From positions 1-63,831 of the forward strand of contig CADEGB010000001.1 in NCBI GenBank assembly GCA_902826755.1: a stretch of DNA of 63,831 nucleotides. The letters are read 5' to 3'. The number at the start of each line of letters is the position of its first letter. Within the stretch, counting starts at the first letter, position 1. The DNA is from an uncultured Gemmatimonadota bacterium (lineage in GTDB: Bacteria > Gemmatimonadota > Gemmatimonadetes > Gemmatimonadales > GWC2-71-9). The notes under the pieces were generated by a model. The model was not told the origin of the DNA. It searched no databases and saw only the letters and a program-made list of their open reading frames with translations. Positions 18,527 to 28,100 of this stretch are shown here, piece by piece. The position numbers were made by a program, and so were the translations under genes.

Positions 18527-19759
18527 ATGACCTTCCGGATCCTGTCAGTCCTCGTCACCCTCGGCGCGCTCGCCGCCTGCGGGCCTGGCCCGGCGCCGGG
18601 GCCGCCTCGGCCCGAAGGCCGGCGGACGGTCCTGTTGATCTCGCTCGATGGGTTCCGGTGGGACTTCCTGGCCCGACCAGGCGCCCGGCGCCTCCGACGC
18701 CTCGCCGACTCCGGAGTCCGGGCCGAGTACCTGATCCCGGCCTTTCCGACCAAGACCTTTCCCAACCACTACACCATGGCCACCGGACTCTATCCCGAGG
18801 ATCACGGGATCGTGGCCAACGCAATGAACGATCCGGCAATGGGGCGTTTCACCACCACCGACACGGTCGTCAATCGCAACCCGGGGTGGTGGGGCGGCGA
18901 GCCGATCTGGATTACCGCCGAACGCCAGGGCCGCCGCGCCGCCACCATGTTCTGGGTCGGTTCCGAAGTGGCCTACGGCGGCCGTCGAGCCACCTACTGG
19001 CGCTCCTTCGATCCCAATCTCCCCGGCGATCGCCGCGTCGATCAGGTCATCGAGTGGCTCTCCCTCCCGGACGACCGGCGTCCCGAGTTCATCACCCTCT
19101 ACCTCAACCGCGTCGACGTCATGGGGCACCGATACGGCCCCGATCATCCGGCGGTCGACACCGCCATCGCGGTAACCGATTCGTCCCTGGGCCGACTCGT
19201 CGACTGGCTCGGCGCCTCCGGCATGGCGGCCCGCACCGATGTCGTCATCGTCTCCGACCACGGGATGGCCGCCATCTCTCCAGACCGGGCGATTCTTCTC
19301 GACGATTACGTCGACATCGATCGAACCGAGATCCTCGATCTCGCGCCCGTCACCGCCATCGAGCCTCGACCCGGACGCGCCGATCATCTGTACCAGCGCC
19401 TTCGGCGGGCTCACCCCCGGCTCACGGTCTTCCGACGCCACGAGGTCCCGGAGCGGTTCAGATTCCGGCGGAGCCACCGGATCACCGAACTCGTGGCCAT
19501 CGCCGACGACGGCTGGACCATCGGGCTCCGAGCGGAGTGGGCCAAACGCCCGTTCCTCGATCTCGGAAACCACGGCTACGACAACGCCCTGCCGTCGATG
19601 CGGGCCATCTTCCTCGCGGTGGGCCCCTCGTTCCGGAGCGGACTCGTGGTGCCGCCGTTCGAGAACGTTCACCTGTACCCGCTCGTGGCCCACCTCCTCG
19701 GCGTTGAGCCAGCCAGGAACCGCGGACGCCTCGCGCCCGTCCGCGCCGTCCTCCGTTGA
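18527..19759 (+). CDS. Ectonucleotide pyrophosphatase/phosphodiesterase (NPP, alkaline-phosphatase superfamily) lipoprotein
   Basis: The lipoprotein signal is VLVTLGALAACG. Family motifs LISLDGFRWD, FPTKTFPNHYTMATGLYPEDHGIV and GNHGYDN are present. ORF-track residues 1-277 are antisense to the permease gene. Confidence 0.85.
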   Translation: MTFRILSVLVTLGALAACGPGPAPGPPRPEGRRTVLLISLDGFRWDFLARPGARRLRRLADSGVRAEYLIPAFPTKTFPNHYTMATGLYPEDHGIVANAMNDPAMGRFTTTDTVVNRNPGWWGGEPIWITAERQGRRAATMFWVGSEVAYGGRRATYWRSFDPNLPGDRRVDQVIEWLSLPDDRRPEFITLYLNRVDVMGHRYGPDHPAVDTAIAVTDSSLGRLVDWLGASGMAARTDVVIVSDHGMAAISPDRAILLDDYVDIDRTEILDLAPVTAIEPRPGRADHLYQRLRRAHPRLTVFRRHEVPERFRFRRSHRITELVAIADDGWTIGLRAEWAKRPFLDLGNHGYDNALPSMRAIFLAVGPSFRSGLVVPPFENVHLYPLVAHLLGVEPARNRGRLAPVRAVLR

Positions 19760-19784
19760 ACCGGCAACCCGTGATGCGGGTCGC

Positions 19785-20927
19785 CTAGCGAATCACCACG
19801 ATCCCCACCGACCCGCCGAACTCGGTCCGCTCGACCCGGGTACCGGCGGGCGCCACCCATGGACCCCCATCGAGCCGGATATTGAGTCGATGAAGCCCGA
19901 CCGGAACGGCCACCGCCGCCTCCCAGACACCGGGGGAGATCTGAACGAGCGGAATAGCCGTCCAATCGGTGAAGTCACCCATGAGGTCGACGGCCCGGAC
20001 GTCGGACGCCAGAACCCGAAACCGGCGCAGGTCCGAATCCCCAGCCGCCCCGACCTCGAGCCGCGCGCCGGCCGATTCATGGGAGGCGGCAACTCGGCTG
20101 GCAATACCCGGTGACACCAGTGGATCGGCGGAGGCAACGGCTCCGAACGCCACCACCCGAAGTCCGAGGTTGAGGTATTTGGCCGCCAACACCCGACGCG
20201 CGGGATCGGAGGGATAGCTACCGCCCCCGATCGACACGGCCAGCCGGCTGGTGAGATCGAGATGCGCGGTCAGATCGCCGTACCCACCCGCGATCGCGTC
20301 GCCCACCTCGCCCCGGCTCCGAGTCCACGGTCGAGCCCCGAGCCGCGCCTCCACCGCCACGCCCGATCCGGTCCATCGGAGCGCTCCGCTCAGATCGAGA
20401 TACCGATCCCCGCCGAACGCGGTCGCGGTGATCGAGCCCACGACCGCCACCCGCCGCCGCACGCTCCAGCCCGCCGCTGACACTTCGATCGGCGTGCCGG
20501 CCACCGATCCCAGGCTCTTGCCGGTGCTCGCGCCGAGCCACCCACCGGCCCGCTTGCCGAAGAGATGAAGACGAGCTCCCCCGAGGGCGTGGCCCTGACT
20601 CGGTTCGTTCGCGTACTTCGCCACCCCCGCCGACCCCGAGAACTCGAGGCGCCACCACTCGCCCGACCCGGTGAGCCACCCGGCAGCCAGGTTGCCCTGC
20701 GCCACCCCGTTGCCTGACTCGAACAGGGTGAAGCTCCCTTGGGTCGCCATCGAGATCCGAGGCGTGTCGAAACGGATCGAGGGCGTCAGCACGGCCGCCC
20801 CAGAGGTGAGAAAACCATCGTATTGGATGACGGAACCAGCGACACTCAGACTCCCCACCGGCTGCGCCGCCAGCGGGACACTCGCGAGGAACAGGCAGGC
20901 GACGAGTGCCGCCGGACGGGGAACCAT
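19785..20927 (-). CDS. Signal-peptide, beta-strand-rich (putative outer-membrane) protein with a C-terminal E-set/CBM48-like domain
   Basis: The signal is MVPRPAALVACLFLASVPLAAQ. About 270 aa follow with an alternating G/S/A/aromatic pattern. The C-terminus reads FRVLASDVRAVDLMGDFTDWTAIPLVQISPGVWEAAVAVPVGLHRLNIRLDG, resembling the AMPK-beta/isoamylase N-terminal glycogen-binding fold. Confidence 0.65.
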   Translation of the reverse strand: MVPRPAALVACLFLASVPLAAQPVGSLSVAGSVIQYDGFLTSGAAVLTPSIRFDTPRISMATQGSFTLFESGNGVAQGNLAAGWLTGSGEWWRLEFSGSAGVAKYANEPSQGHALGGARLHLFGKRAGGWLGASTGKSLGSVAGTPIEVSAAGWSVRRRVAVVGSITATAFGGDRYLDLSGALRWTGSGVAVEARLGARPWTRSRGEVGDAIAGGYGDLTAHLDLTSRLAVSIGGGSYPSDPARRVLAAKYLNLGLRVVAFGAVASADPLVSPGIASRVAASHESAGARLEVGAAGDSDLRRFRVLASDVRAVDLMGDFTDWTAIPLVQISPGVWEAAVAVPVGLHRLNIRLDGGPWVAPAGTRVERTEFGGSVGIVVIR

Positions 20928-20966
20928 CAGAGGATGATAACCCCGCCCCGCAACGCGGACAGACGC

Positions 20967-21398
20967 TTACGGCGGAGGCACCAGCGTGAAGGACTCCGAG
21001 AAGGCGGCTCGACCGTCCGTCGACTCGATCACCACCCGGTATCGCCCCGGCGGCAGGGAGCGCTCGTCCTGGACCTGGACCGACTGGCTCGCCCGGAGCG
21101 TCGTGCGATCCGGCGGGGCGCAGAGCCGGAGGTCCTCGGTCCGGATCCAGGTTCCGTTCTGATCCAGTTCGAGTTCAATCGGCGTGCACCGGACCTTGAG
21201 GGAGACGTCTTCCGACGTGAGGTTCCGCAGCGTGGCCGTGATGATGAAGTTCACCCTGGACGGCGCCACGGCCGTCTCGACGGTGACCGCCACGAGCAGA
21301 GTCCCCTGCGACTCGAGCGCGGTGGCGCACCCAGACCCGCCGGCGGCCCCGACGGACATCAGGGCCGCCCATACCAACCATCTGGCTTCGTTGTTCAT
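20967..21398 (-). CDS. Small lipoprotein, unknown function
   Basis: The lipobox is AAGGSGC. The body is an all-beta-looking sandwich with a Cys pair (VRCTPIELE...LRLCAPPD). Its start overlaps the upstream stop (ATGA at 21395-21398). Confidence 0.6.
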   Translation of the reverse strand: MNNEARWLVWAALMSVGAAGGSGCATALESQGTLLVAVTVETAVAPSRVNFIITATLRNLTSEDVSLKVRCTPIELELDQNGTWIRTEDLRLCAPPDRTTLRASQSVQVQDERSLPPGRYRVVIESTDGRAAFSESFTLVPPP

Positions 21399-22084
21399 GG
21401 TTTCTGCCGCTTTCGGCCCGAAGCACCCAAGGTGCCATCTCCCGCGGTCGGGGTCGAGGCGAGTTCCCCCAGACCCCGCAACCTGACCCCCAGCGCCGCG
21501 GCCGGCGACGCGCCGAGCGCAATGTCCCGCTGCACGTTCCGCCGGAACGCCACGTAGTCCCCGTCGGCCGCGTTCGGTGCGATCGCCAGGACGGCGCCGA
21601 CCGCGGTATCGGCAGGCACTCCGGCCGCGACCAGATCCGCCAGGACCGACGCCGCCACGGTCAGCGGCTCGGCCGAGCGGAGCTCGCGGAGCCGCGCCAG
21701 GTCGTCGGCCGACGCTCCGGCGCGGAGCGCGCTCGCGCCGGCAATCAGCTCGGCGGGAGCGGCCGTCACGCCGAACGCCGTCCGCACCGTGGTCAGTTCG
21801 TCCCGCAACCGGGTCACCGCCGACACGATCAGGGTCGGCGCGGCGCCCTTGGCCGCGCCTTCGAGGGCTCGGTCGATCAGCGGCTCGGTCGGCAGCCCGG
21901 CCACCCGCGCGGCCGACAGCAAGGCCTCCACCTGGCCGCGCGCCGGATCCGGCAGCCGTCCCGCCAGCCGAGGCTCCTGCCCGGCGGCCGGCGTGGCCGC
22001 CATCAGCAGCAAGGCCGCGATCAGCAGAAACACCGCCACCCCGACTGTCGCGAGGAAACCCACTCGCCCGCTTGCCTGTCTCAT
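21395..22084 (-). CDS. N-terminally membrane-anchored Ala/Leu-rich helical protein, unknown function
   Basis: The ATG at 22084 overlaps the anti-sigma stop (ATGA at 22081-22084). The TM is FLATVGVAVFLLIAALLLMAA, followed by helical A/L/R-rich repeats. Confidence 0.6.
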   Translation of the reverse strand: MRQASGRVGFLATVGVAVFLLIAALLLMAATPAAGQEPRLAGRLPDPARGQVEALLSAARVAGLPTEPLIDRALEGAAKGAAPTLIVSAVTRLRDELTTVRTAFGVTAAPAELIAGASALRAGASADDLARLRELRSAEPLTVAASVLADLVAAGVPADTAVGAVLAIAPNAADGDYVAFRRNVQRDIALGASPAAALGVRLRGLGELASTPTAGDGTLGASGRKRQKP

Positions 22085-22635
22085 GCGCCCCCGATCGTCA
22101 CGACGGAGTTCGGTTGCCCGAAATCGTCTTCCAGCCCCGGGGCCTCCGGATCGCCCCGCCAGACGGTCCCGTTGACCACGAAGGCATAACGGTATCGGCC
22201 CGGAGCCAGCGGAACCGTCACCGACCACACCCCGTCGCCGACCGATCGGACCAGCGGAGTCGCGCCCACGTTCCAATCGTTGAAGTCGCCAACCAGCGTC
22301 ACCGCGGCGGCTTCAGGCGCCACGAGGACGAACTGCGTCAGGCGGTTACTTGCTTCGGAGCCTGCCACGGACGAGGCCGGTTTGACGGCCGGTCGAAACA
22401 GGAACTGCCCGGTCACCACGAGACCGGCCAGGCCCGCGGCGGTCGCGAGCAGGCGGACCGGAGTCACCCGGATCGTCCATTCCCGTCGCCACCACCGGAC
22501 CGGCTTGTGCTCGGTGGCCATCGCGGGGTCGTCGGCAATCGCCGCCATGACCCGCCGCGTCAGGTCCGGCCGCAACCTCACCGGCTCCTTCAGCGTCTCG
22601 ATCAGCGAGTCCAGAGGATCTCGAGATTCAGTCAC
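22081..22635 (-). CDS. Single-pass anti-sigma factor with an extracytoplasmic E-set/CBM48-like domain
   Basis: It lies immediately downstream of the ECF sigma gene and overlaps it by 8 nt. The TM is LLATAAGLAGLVVTGQFLF. The C-terminus reads VTLVGDFNDWNVGATPLVRSVGDGVWSVTVPLAPGRYRYAFVVNG. Confidence 0.7.
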   Translation of the reverse strand: MTESRDPLDSLIETLKEPVRLRPDLTRRVMAAIADDPAMATEHKPVRWWRREWTIRVTPVRLLATAAGLAGLVVTGQFLFRPAVKPASSVAGSEASNRLTQFVLVAPEAAAVTLVGDFNDWNVGATPLVRSVGDGVWSVTVPLAPGRYRYAFVVNGTVWRGDPEAPGLEDDFGQPNSVVTIGGA

Positions 22636-23173
22636 GGACCGTCTCCGCCAGCAGTTTGCGCAACTCTTCCCGGGCCCGGAACACCCGCATCCGCAATGAC
22701 GCCGCCCGGACTCCCGTCATGGCTTCCATCGAGTCGTAGCTCAGGTCCTCGACGTGTTTGAGCAGGAACGCCTCCCGCTGCTCCGCCGGCAACTGACCAA
22801 GCGCCCATCCGATCGCATCCCGAATCGCATCCCGCTCTTCCGAATGAGGCACCGCGGCCCGGCCCACCGCGTCGTCGTTCGTGACGATGATCCCATCCGC
22901 CCGAATCCGGCGCGCCGCGTACGTCCGGCACCGGTTCACCAGAATCCCGAAGACCCAGGCCCCGAAACCCTCCGGTCGGGTGCAGTTGGCCAGGGAGCGG
23001 AAGGCCCGGACGAAGGTGTCCTGGAGGGCTTCCTCCGCGTCGGCCTGATTCCCGAGCATCCGGACGGCATACCGACCCAGCCGATCCTGGTACCGGTCCA
23101 CCAGGAGAGCGTATGCCTCCCGGTCGCCGGCCCGAACCCGCTCAAGCAGCCGCCCGTCGCTCTCTGCCGTCAC
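22628..23173 (-). CDS. ECF (group IV) sigma-70 family RNA polymerase sigma factor
   Basis: Region 2 reads YALLVDRYQDRLGRYAVRMLGNQADAEEALQDTFVRAFRSL. The region 4 HTH reads LSYDSMEAMTGVRAASLRMRVFRAREELR. The start is GTG. Confidence 0.9.
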   Translation of the reverse strand: MTAESDGRLLERVRAGDREAYALLVDRYQDRLGRYAVRMLGNQADAEEALQDTFVRAFRSLANCTRPEGFGAWVFGILVNRCRTYAARRIRADGIIVTNDDAVGRAAVPHSEERDAIRDAIGWALGQLPAEQREAFLLKHVEDLSYDSMEAMTGVRAASLRMRVFRAREELRKLLAETVRD

Positions 23174-23358
23174 GACTGGAATACCCCCGAATGGTGACGA
23201 ATGTCACGGAACACCCCCCGCCCCGACACCGACGGCCGGTCCACCCTCGGAGTATAGGCGCATGCGCGGCCGGTGACCGCCCCCGGTTACATTCGGCCCG
23301 GATCGTGCCCCGGGCGAGCCCCGCGTGCCGGTCTCCCCCCAACCTCAGGTCACCCCGA

Positions 23359-23835
23359 ATGGCGACGCTTGCCCAACTCAAGTCCAAACTCGGACGGGAG
23401 ACCCTCTCCGACTGGCGGGTCATCACCCAGGAGATGGTCGACACCTATTCGGTCCTCACCGGCGACGCTGATCCCTTTCACGACGACCCGGAGTGGACCA
23501 AGGCCAACACGTCGTTCGGCGGGACCATCGTCCAGGGGTTTTTCCTCCTGGCCAACCTGACCTGGTTTACCCGCCACCCAGCGGGGGAGCCGATCGACGA
23601 CGTCGAGTACGTCCTCAATTACGGGTTCGACAAGGTCCGGTTCATTCGCCCCGTCCCGGTCGGAAAGCCGATCCGCGCCCGGATCCGGCTCCTCGATGTC
23701 GAAGACCGCGGGCCGACCCGAGCGGTGCTTCGGTTCGGCGTCGCGGTCGAAGTCGAGGGCAGCGCGGAACCGCACGTGGTGGCCGAGTGGCTTGGCTCCG
23801 CTCAGAAGAAGACGGCGAGCGGATCGGCCCGCTGA
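23359..23835 (+). CDS. MaoC-like (R)-hydratase/hotdog-fold dehydratase
   Basis: Motifs are YSVLTGDADPFHDDPEWTKANTSFGGTIVQGFF and a C-terminal hotdog sheet. The ATG at 23359 removes an 82-aa low-complexity leader. Confidence 0.75.
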   Translation: MATLAQLKSKLGRETLSDWRVITQEMVDTYSVLTGDADPFHDDPEWTKANTSFGGTIVQGFFLLANLTWFTRHPAGEPIDDVEYVLNYGFDKVRFIRPVPVGKPIRARIRLLDVEDRGPTRAVLRFGVAVEVEGSAEPHVVAEWLGSAQKKTASGSAR

Positions 23836-23854
23836 CGGGAAACCTCCGAGGGCC

Positions 23855-24442
23855 TCAGGACCGGACGGTCAGGCCGAGCAGCTCGTCGACATCGCGCGCC
23901 AACCAGGCGGCGGATTTCCCCTCGCGGTAGGTGGCCCAGCTCAAGAGCGAACCGGTTACCGTCGCGAACAGCAGCCGAGTCAGACCCTTGGTGTCCACCG
24001 CGCGGAGCTCACCCGACTGGACGGCCTCGTCGAGCAGGCCGGCGATCAACCCCTCGTTCGTCCGCCCCGATTCGATCAGGTACCGCCGCAGCGTCGGGTC
24101 GCTGAGGTCGATCTCGAGGTAGGCGGCAAAGCTGTGGATCATGGCCTGCGGCGTCGGGGCCATCTGAGCATAGCAGAGCATGAAATCCCTGACGATCGTC
24201 AGCGGCCGCTTCCTCGCGGCCCGCCATTCCGCCACCAGGGCCGTGCCGTCGCCCGCGCCTTTCGACAGCTGCCGGATCAGCTTCTCCTTCGACCCGAACC
24301 GTTGAATCAACGTGGAGGGAGACAGTCCGGCCTCCCGGGCAATCGCGGCCAGGGTCAGCTTGGCCGGGCCGAGTTTGCTCAGCACGCGAGCAAAGGCGAC
24401 CGCGATGGCGGCATCGTCGACGGTCCGTGGTCGGGGGGACAT
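23855..24442 (-). CDS. TetR-family transcriptional regulator
   Basis: The N-terminal HTH reads LTLAAIAREAGLSPSTLIQRFGSKEKLI. The start at 24442 (MSPRPRTV) is favoured; ATG 24469 is also possible. Confidence 0.85.
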   Translation of the reverse strand: MSPRPRTVDDAAIAVAFARVLSKLGPAKLTLAAIAREAGLSPSTLIQRFGSKEKLIRQLSKGAGDGTALVAEWRAARKRPLTIVRDFMLCYAQMAPTPQAMIHSFAAYLEIDLSDPTLRRYLIESGRTNEGLIAGLLDEAVQSGELRAVDTKGLTRLLFATVTGSLLSWATYREGKSAAWLARDVDELLGLTVRS

Positions 24443-24470
24443 CTTGCCTCCGAAAGCGGGGGGTTTCATA

Positions 24471-24494
24471 TTATAAACGAACGTTCGTTTATAA
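24471..24494. promoter_or_regulatory. Perfect 24-bp palindrome, probable TetR operator overlapping the divergent promoters
   Basis: TTATAAACGAACGTTCGTTTATAA equals its own reverse complement. It is the only AT-rich stretch in the 73-nt spacer between the TetR start (24442) and the reductase start (24516), and it contains TATAAA/TTTATA hexamers. Confidence 0.7.
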
Positions 24495-24515
24495 ACAACC
24501 GCCCGGGAGCCCCTC

Positions 24516-25067
24516 ATGCCGCGCGCCAAGCCCACGATTGCCCCCTCACCCGCCGGGCGGCAGGTCCGCTATGGCGTCGCCATGAGTCTGGACGGTTTCA
24601 TCGCCGGCCCCGCCGGAGAGTATGACTGGATCCCCATGGACCCCGACATCGATTTTGGGGCGATCTTCGGCCGGTTCGACACCTTCGTCATGGGCCGGAA
24701 GACGTATCAGGCCGCCGGCGCCGGCATGATGAGCGGATCCACCGTCCTGGTCGTCTCCCGCACCCTCAAACCCGAGGACCATCCCGGCGTCACCATCGTC
24801 TCGGGCCCGATCGAACCGACCATCCGGACCCTCAAGGCCGCGCCCGGCAAGGATATCTGGTTATTCGGCGGGGGAGAGTTGTTCCGTAGCATGCTGGCCG
24901 AGCGGCTGGTCGACGCCATCGACGTCGCCGTGATCCCGTTCCTCCTCGGCGACGGCATCCGGTTCCTCCCGGCCCCTGCCCCACGCGTTGCCTTGTCCCT
25001 CACCGGCCATCGCCACTATCCCAAGAGCGGGATCATGTCGCTCGAATACGCCGTGAACTACCGATAG
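24516..25067 (+). CDS. RibD C-terminal domain / dihydrofolate-reductase-like protein
   Basis: Motifs are VRYGVAMSLDGFIAGP.GEYDW, FVMGRKTY and IWLFGGGELF. A GGGAG sequence lies 7 nt upstream of the ATG. Confidence 0.8.
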   Translation: MPRAKPTIAPSPAGRQVRYGVAMSLDGFIAGPAGEYDWIPMDPDIDFGAIFGRFDTFVMGRKTYQAAGAGMMSGSTVLVVSRTLKPEDHPGVTIVSGPIEPTIRTLKAAPGKDIWLFGGGELFRSMLAERLVDAIDVAVIPFLLGDGIRFLPAPAPRVALSLTGHRHYPKSGIMSLEYAVNYR

Positions 25068-25132
25068 ACCCCCGGAGGCGGGGAGGACGGTCCCGTTGCG
25101 CGGGCCGCGCGTCGGGTGCTACGCTTGCGACG

Positions 25133-28100
25133 ATGCCGAGCGCCACCCGCCTGCCACGGAACGATCCCATGCCACTCCGTTTGCCGTTCGCCCTCGCCGC
25201 CTCGGTCGTACTCGCCGGCTCGGCGACAGCCCAAACCCTCGACACCGCTCGGGTCGAGAAAGCCGCCGCGGCTCTCGCGTTCCGCGCCATCGGGCCAGCC
25301 CTCATGAGCGGTCGGATCGCCGATGTCGAGGTCCACCCCCGGAACCGGTCGGTCTGGTACGTGGCGGCCGGATCCGGCGGCGTCTGGAAGACCACCAACG
25401 CCGGCACGACCTGGACACCGATCTTCGACGACCAGCCCTCGTATTCGATCGGCGAAATCACCCTCGACCCCACCAATCCCGAAATCGTCTGGGTCGGCAC
25501 CGGCGAAAACGTCAGCGGCCGTCACGTCGGCTGGGGCGACGGGGTGTACAAGAGCCGCGACGGGGGGCGGACCTGGCAGCGGATGGGACTGCCGAAGTCG
25601 GAGCACATCGGGCGGATTCTGGTGCATCCCAAGGACGGCAACGTCGTCCTGGTGGCCGCCGAAGGCGGGCTCTGGTCCGCTGGCGGCGAACGGGGCGTTT
25701 ACCGAACCCGGGACGGCGGCATCACCTGGGCGCCGGTCCTTCAGATCGACGAGCACACCGGGGTTACCGACCTCGAGTTCGATCCCGGCAATCCCGACGT
25801 GGTGTACGCGGCGGCGTATCAGCGTCGCCGTCACGTCTGGGGCTTCCTGGCCGGGGGCCCGAAGTCCGGGATCTACAAGTCGACCGATGGGGGCTCCACC
25901 TGGCGTCGGCTTGCCACCGGTCTTCCGCGGGGCGACATCGGCAAGATCGGTCTCGCGGTCACCCCCGCCCACCCGTCCCTCGTCTACGCCACCATCGAAG
26001 CCGGGGCCGCGGAGCGCGGGTTCTACCGATCGATGGATCGCGGCGAGAGCTGGGAAAAGCGGAACGGCTACATCTCCGGTGGCACCGGTCCGCATTACTA
26101 CCAGGAAATCGAGGCCTCACCCGTCAACGCCGACCTCGTCTATCAGATGGACGTATTTCTGCACGTCACCCGGAACGGCGGCGCCACCTTCGACTATCTC
26201 GAGACCGGCCACGACAAGCACAGCGACAATCACGCCCTCTGGATCGACCCGGCCAACGGCCGCCATCTCCTCGTCGGCACAGACGCGGGCCTCTACGAGA
26301 GTTTCGACGAAGGGGCCACCTGGCGACATTTCCGGAATCTGCCGGTGTCGCAGTTCTACAAAGTGGCACTTAGCAACACCGAGCCGTTCTACCACCTCCT
26401 CGGGGGTGCCCAGGATCTCGGCACCATTCACGGCCCGTCGCGGACCCTGAACCGCGACGGAATCCGCAACCAGGACTGGTACGTACCGTTCGGCGCCGAT
26501 GGCTACGGCGTGGCCATCGACCCGCGGGACGACAACCTGCTCTACCTGATGAGCCAGGAGGGCAACCTCCACCGCCGCGACCGCCGCAACGAGGAGCCCC
26601 TCAACGTCCGGCCCCAGCCGGGCCCCGGCGATCCGCCCGAGCGATGGAACTGGGACTCGCCCCTGCTCCTGAGCCCGCACGATCCCGATCGGATCTACTT
26701 CGGATCGCAGCGTCTCTGGCGGAGCGACGACCGCGGCCACAGCTGGACCGCCGTCAGCGGCGACCTGACCCTCGGCGCCAATCGCTACGAGCGGCCGTTC
26801 ATGGGCCGGACCTGGAGCGTCGACGCTCTCCACGACAACGCGGCGATGTCGAAGTACGCCACCCTGACCGCCATCTCCGAGTCGCCGCTCCAGGCCGGTA
26901 CCCTGATCGTCGGCACCGACGACGGCCTGGTCCAGGTCACGACCGACGGCGGTCGGAGCTGGGTTCGAGCCGGCGCCTTGCCCGGCCTCCCGCCCCTGTC
27001 GTTCGTCAACGACGTCGAGGCGTCGCTGACCGACCCGCGGACCTTCTACGTCGTCGCCGACGCTCACAAGATCGGCGACTTCTCGCCCTACGTGTACGAA
27101 AGCGTCGACGGCGGCCGCTCCTGGCGGTCTATCGCCGCCAACCTGCCCAAGGGCACCATCGTCTGGAGCATTCAGCAGGATCACGTCAAGCCGGAACTGC
27201 TGTTCGCCGGCACCGAGTTCGGGATCTGGTACACGCCCAACCGAGGCGGGGACTGGTTCAAGCTGAGCGGCGGCGTTCCGACGATTTCGTTCCGCGACCT
27301 CAAGATCCACCGGCGCGATGGCGACCTGGTCGGCGCTTCCTTCGGCCGGGGTTTCTACGTGCTCGACGACTACTCGCCGCTCCGCGATCTGGTGGGCGCC
27401 GTGGCCGGCGACGACGGGCGGCTGTTCCCCGTTCGTGCCGCCTGGTGGTACGTCCCCTCGCAGCTCGGTCAGGCCCCCGGCCGACCCGAGGCCGGGAGCG
27501 ACGATTTCACGGCCCCCAACCCGCCCCCCGGCGCGATCCTGACCTACTACCTGCGAGAAGCCCCGACGACTGCCCGCGAACGCCGCGAAGCCACCGAGAA
27601 GTCGCTCCGCGACGCCGGTCGCGACGTACCGTTCCCCGGGTTCGAGCGGCTCCGCGCCGAAGCGATCGAGCAGGGACCGCGAGTCCTGGTGCGGATCGCC
27701 GATGCCACCGGCCGGCCCGTGCGCTGGCTCTCGGGCCCGACCACGGCCGGCCTGCATCGGGTCAACTGGGACCTTCGCGGTCCCGCCCCGGACCCGATCG
27801 ACCTCGACCCACCCGGCTTCCAGCCGCCCTGGGCGTCGACGCCGGCGGGGCCGCTCGTCGCGCCGGGACGTTACACCGCCGACCTCGTCATCGTGTCGGA
27901 AAGCGGCGTCCGCCGACTCGGCCAGCCGCAGACCTTCGAAGTAAAGCCGGTCCCGAATCTCCCGCCGGGCACCGACCCGGTCGCGGTGGCCGAGTTCCAG
28001 CAGTCCACCGCCGAGTTGATGCGGAAGGCCGCCAGCGTCGCAGCCGAGATCGGGCGGGCCAGGGAACGGCTCCGATACCTCCGGGCGGCGCTGCTCGAGG

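Noticed and set aside
23194-23213. GTGACgaatGTCAC inverted repeat and a GGAAC motif upstream of the ECF sigma gene, considered as an autoregulated ECF promoter
   Set aside because: GGAAC is on the plus strand, the wrong orientation for the minus-strand sigma gene. I could not find a properly spaced CGT-type -10 element. The evidence is too weak to call.
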